Source: Carcharhinus amblyrhynchos (lineage: Eukaryota). Taken from it: DNA of 64,000 bases. The notes under the pieces were generated by a model that was not told the DNA's origin, did no database searches, and worked only from the letters and a program-made list of their open reading frames with translations. Below are positions 63,601-64,000 of this stretch, one piece after another; within the stretch, counting starts at the first letter, position 1; each line of letters starts with the position of its first letter. The stretch covers positions 40,796,001 to 40,860,000 of the forward strand of contig OZ336880.1 in the NCBI GenBank assembly GCA_965287045.1, in the 5' to 3' direction. Position numbers and translations under genes: made by a program.

Positions 63601-64000
63601 TGTTGGTAATTCTTTACTACAAAGCAATCAGAGTTCAGAAATTGAGGTTGAGTTTGATTTTGAGCAAGGCACAGATGATTCTCAGAAATTGTTGAAACTC
63701 ATAGCAGTAACCGAGACCGGAAATGAAGAAAAGGGAGAGAAATGTGTAAACATCAATTTTGATGTATTTGGTGAGCCTGCCAAGGAGGAAACTATTCAGT
63801 TTAAAGCAGAGGCTTCTGAAAACTGTTCATTTGAATTTCAAGTGACAGAAACTCCACCAAAGTTTGAAATAGCCCTCGTAGACTGTACCGCAACTGTCGG
63901 GAGCTCAGCATCTTTTCAATGCCTTGTGACTGGTACTCCAAAACCTAATGTAATGTGGTATATGAATGACAGAATGATTGAAGGTGCTAACTACGTCATT
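60657..64000 (+). CDS. ttn: Novex-3 second part, running off the window: three complete Ig domains and one partial
   Basis: TTCCAG acceptor; frame checked at start, middle and end (SPVEIKITAPTPTPEQ, RFYTPP, FEVTETPPRF, FQCLVTGTPKP). Its absence from the ORF track is consistent with no stop in the window. Confidence 0.9.

Overview
The window holds the 5' part of a vertebrate titin (ttn) gene on the + strand. HE1/V-SINE-like, Deu-SINE-like, CR1/L2 and Penelope-type repeats point to a cartilaginous fish (shark). It runs from the promoter and non-coding exon 1 through the Z-disk region (Z1-Z9, Z-repeats) and proximal I-band Ig domains (I1-I15) into the Novex region, ending inside an open Novex-3 frame. 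I placed exons by hand from GT/AG boundaries, and the phases chain into one open frame. Exon numbers follow human TTN as I recall it and were not checked by alignment. Departures from the mammalian gene: only two Z-repeat exons (Zr1-like, Zr7-like), a 21-aa Ala/Gly repeat expansion in exon 7, a decayed Novex-1 exon, a Novex-2 exon with two Ig domains, an extra Cys-rich Ig exon, and a Novex-3 that carries a ~100-aa degenerate repeat array and is split by a 108-nt intron. The introns contain Penelope-like elements with minimal hammerhead-ribozyme cores (one intact in the sense orientation), a ~2.2-kb fold-back palindrome and Harbinger transposase relics.
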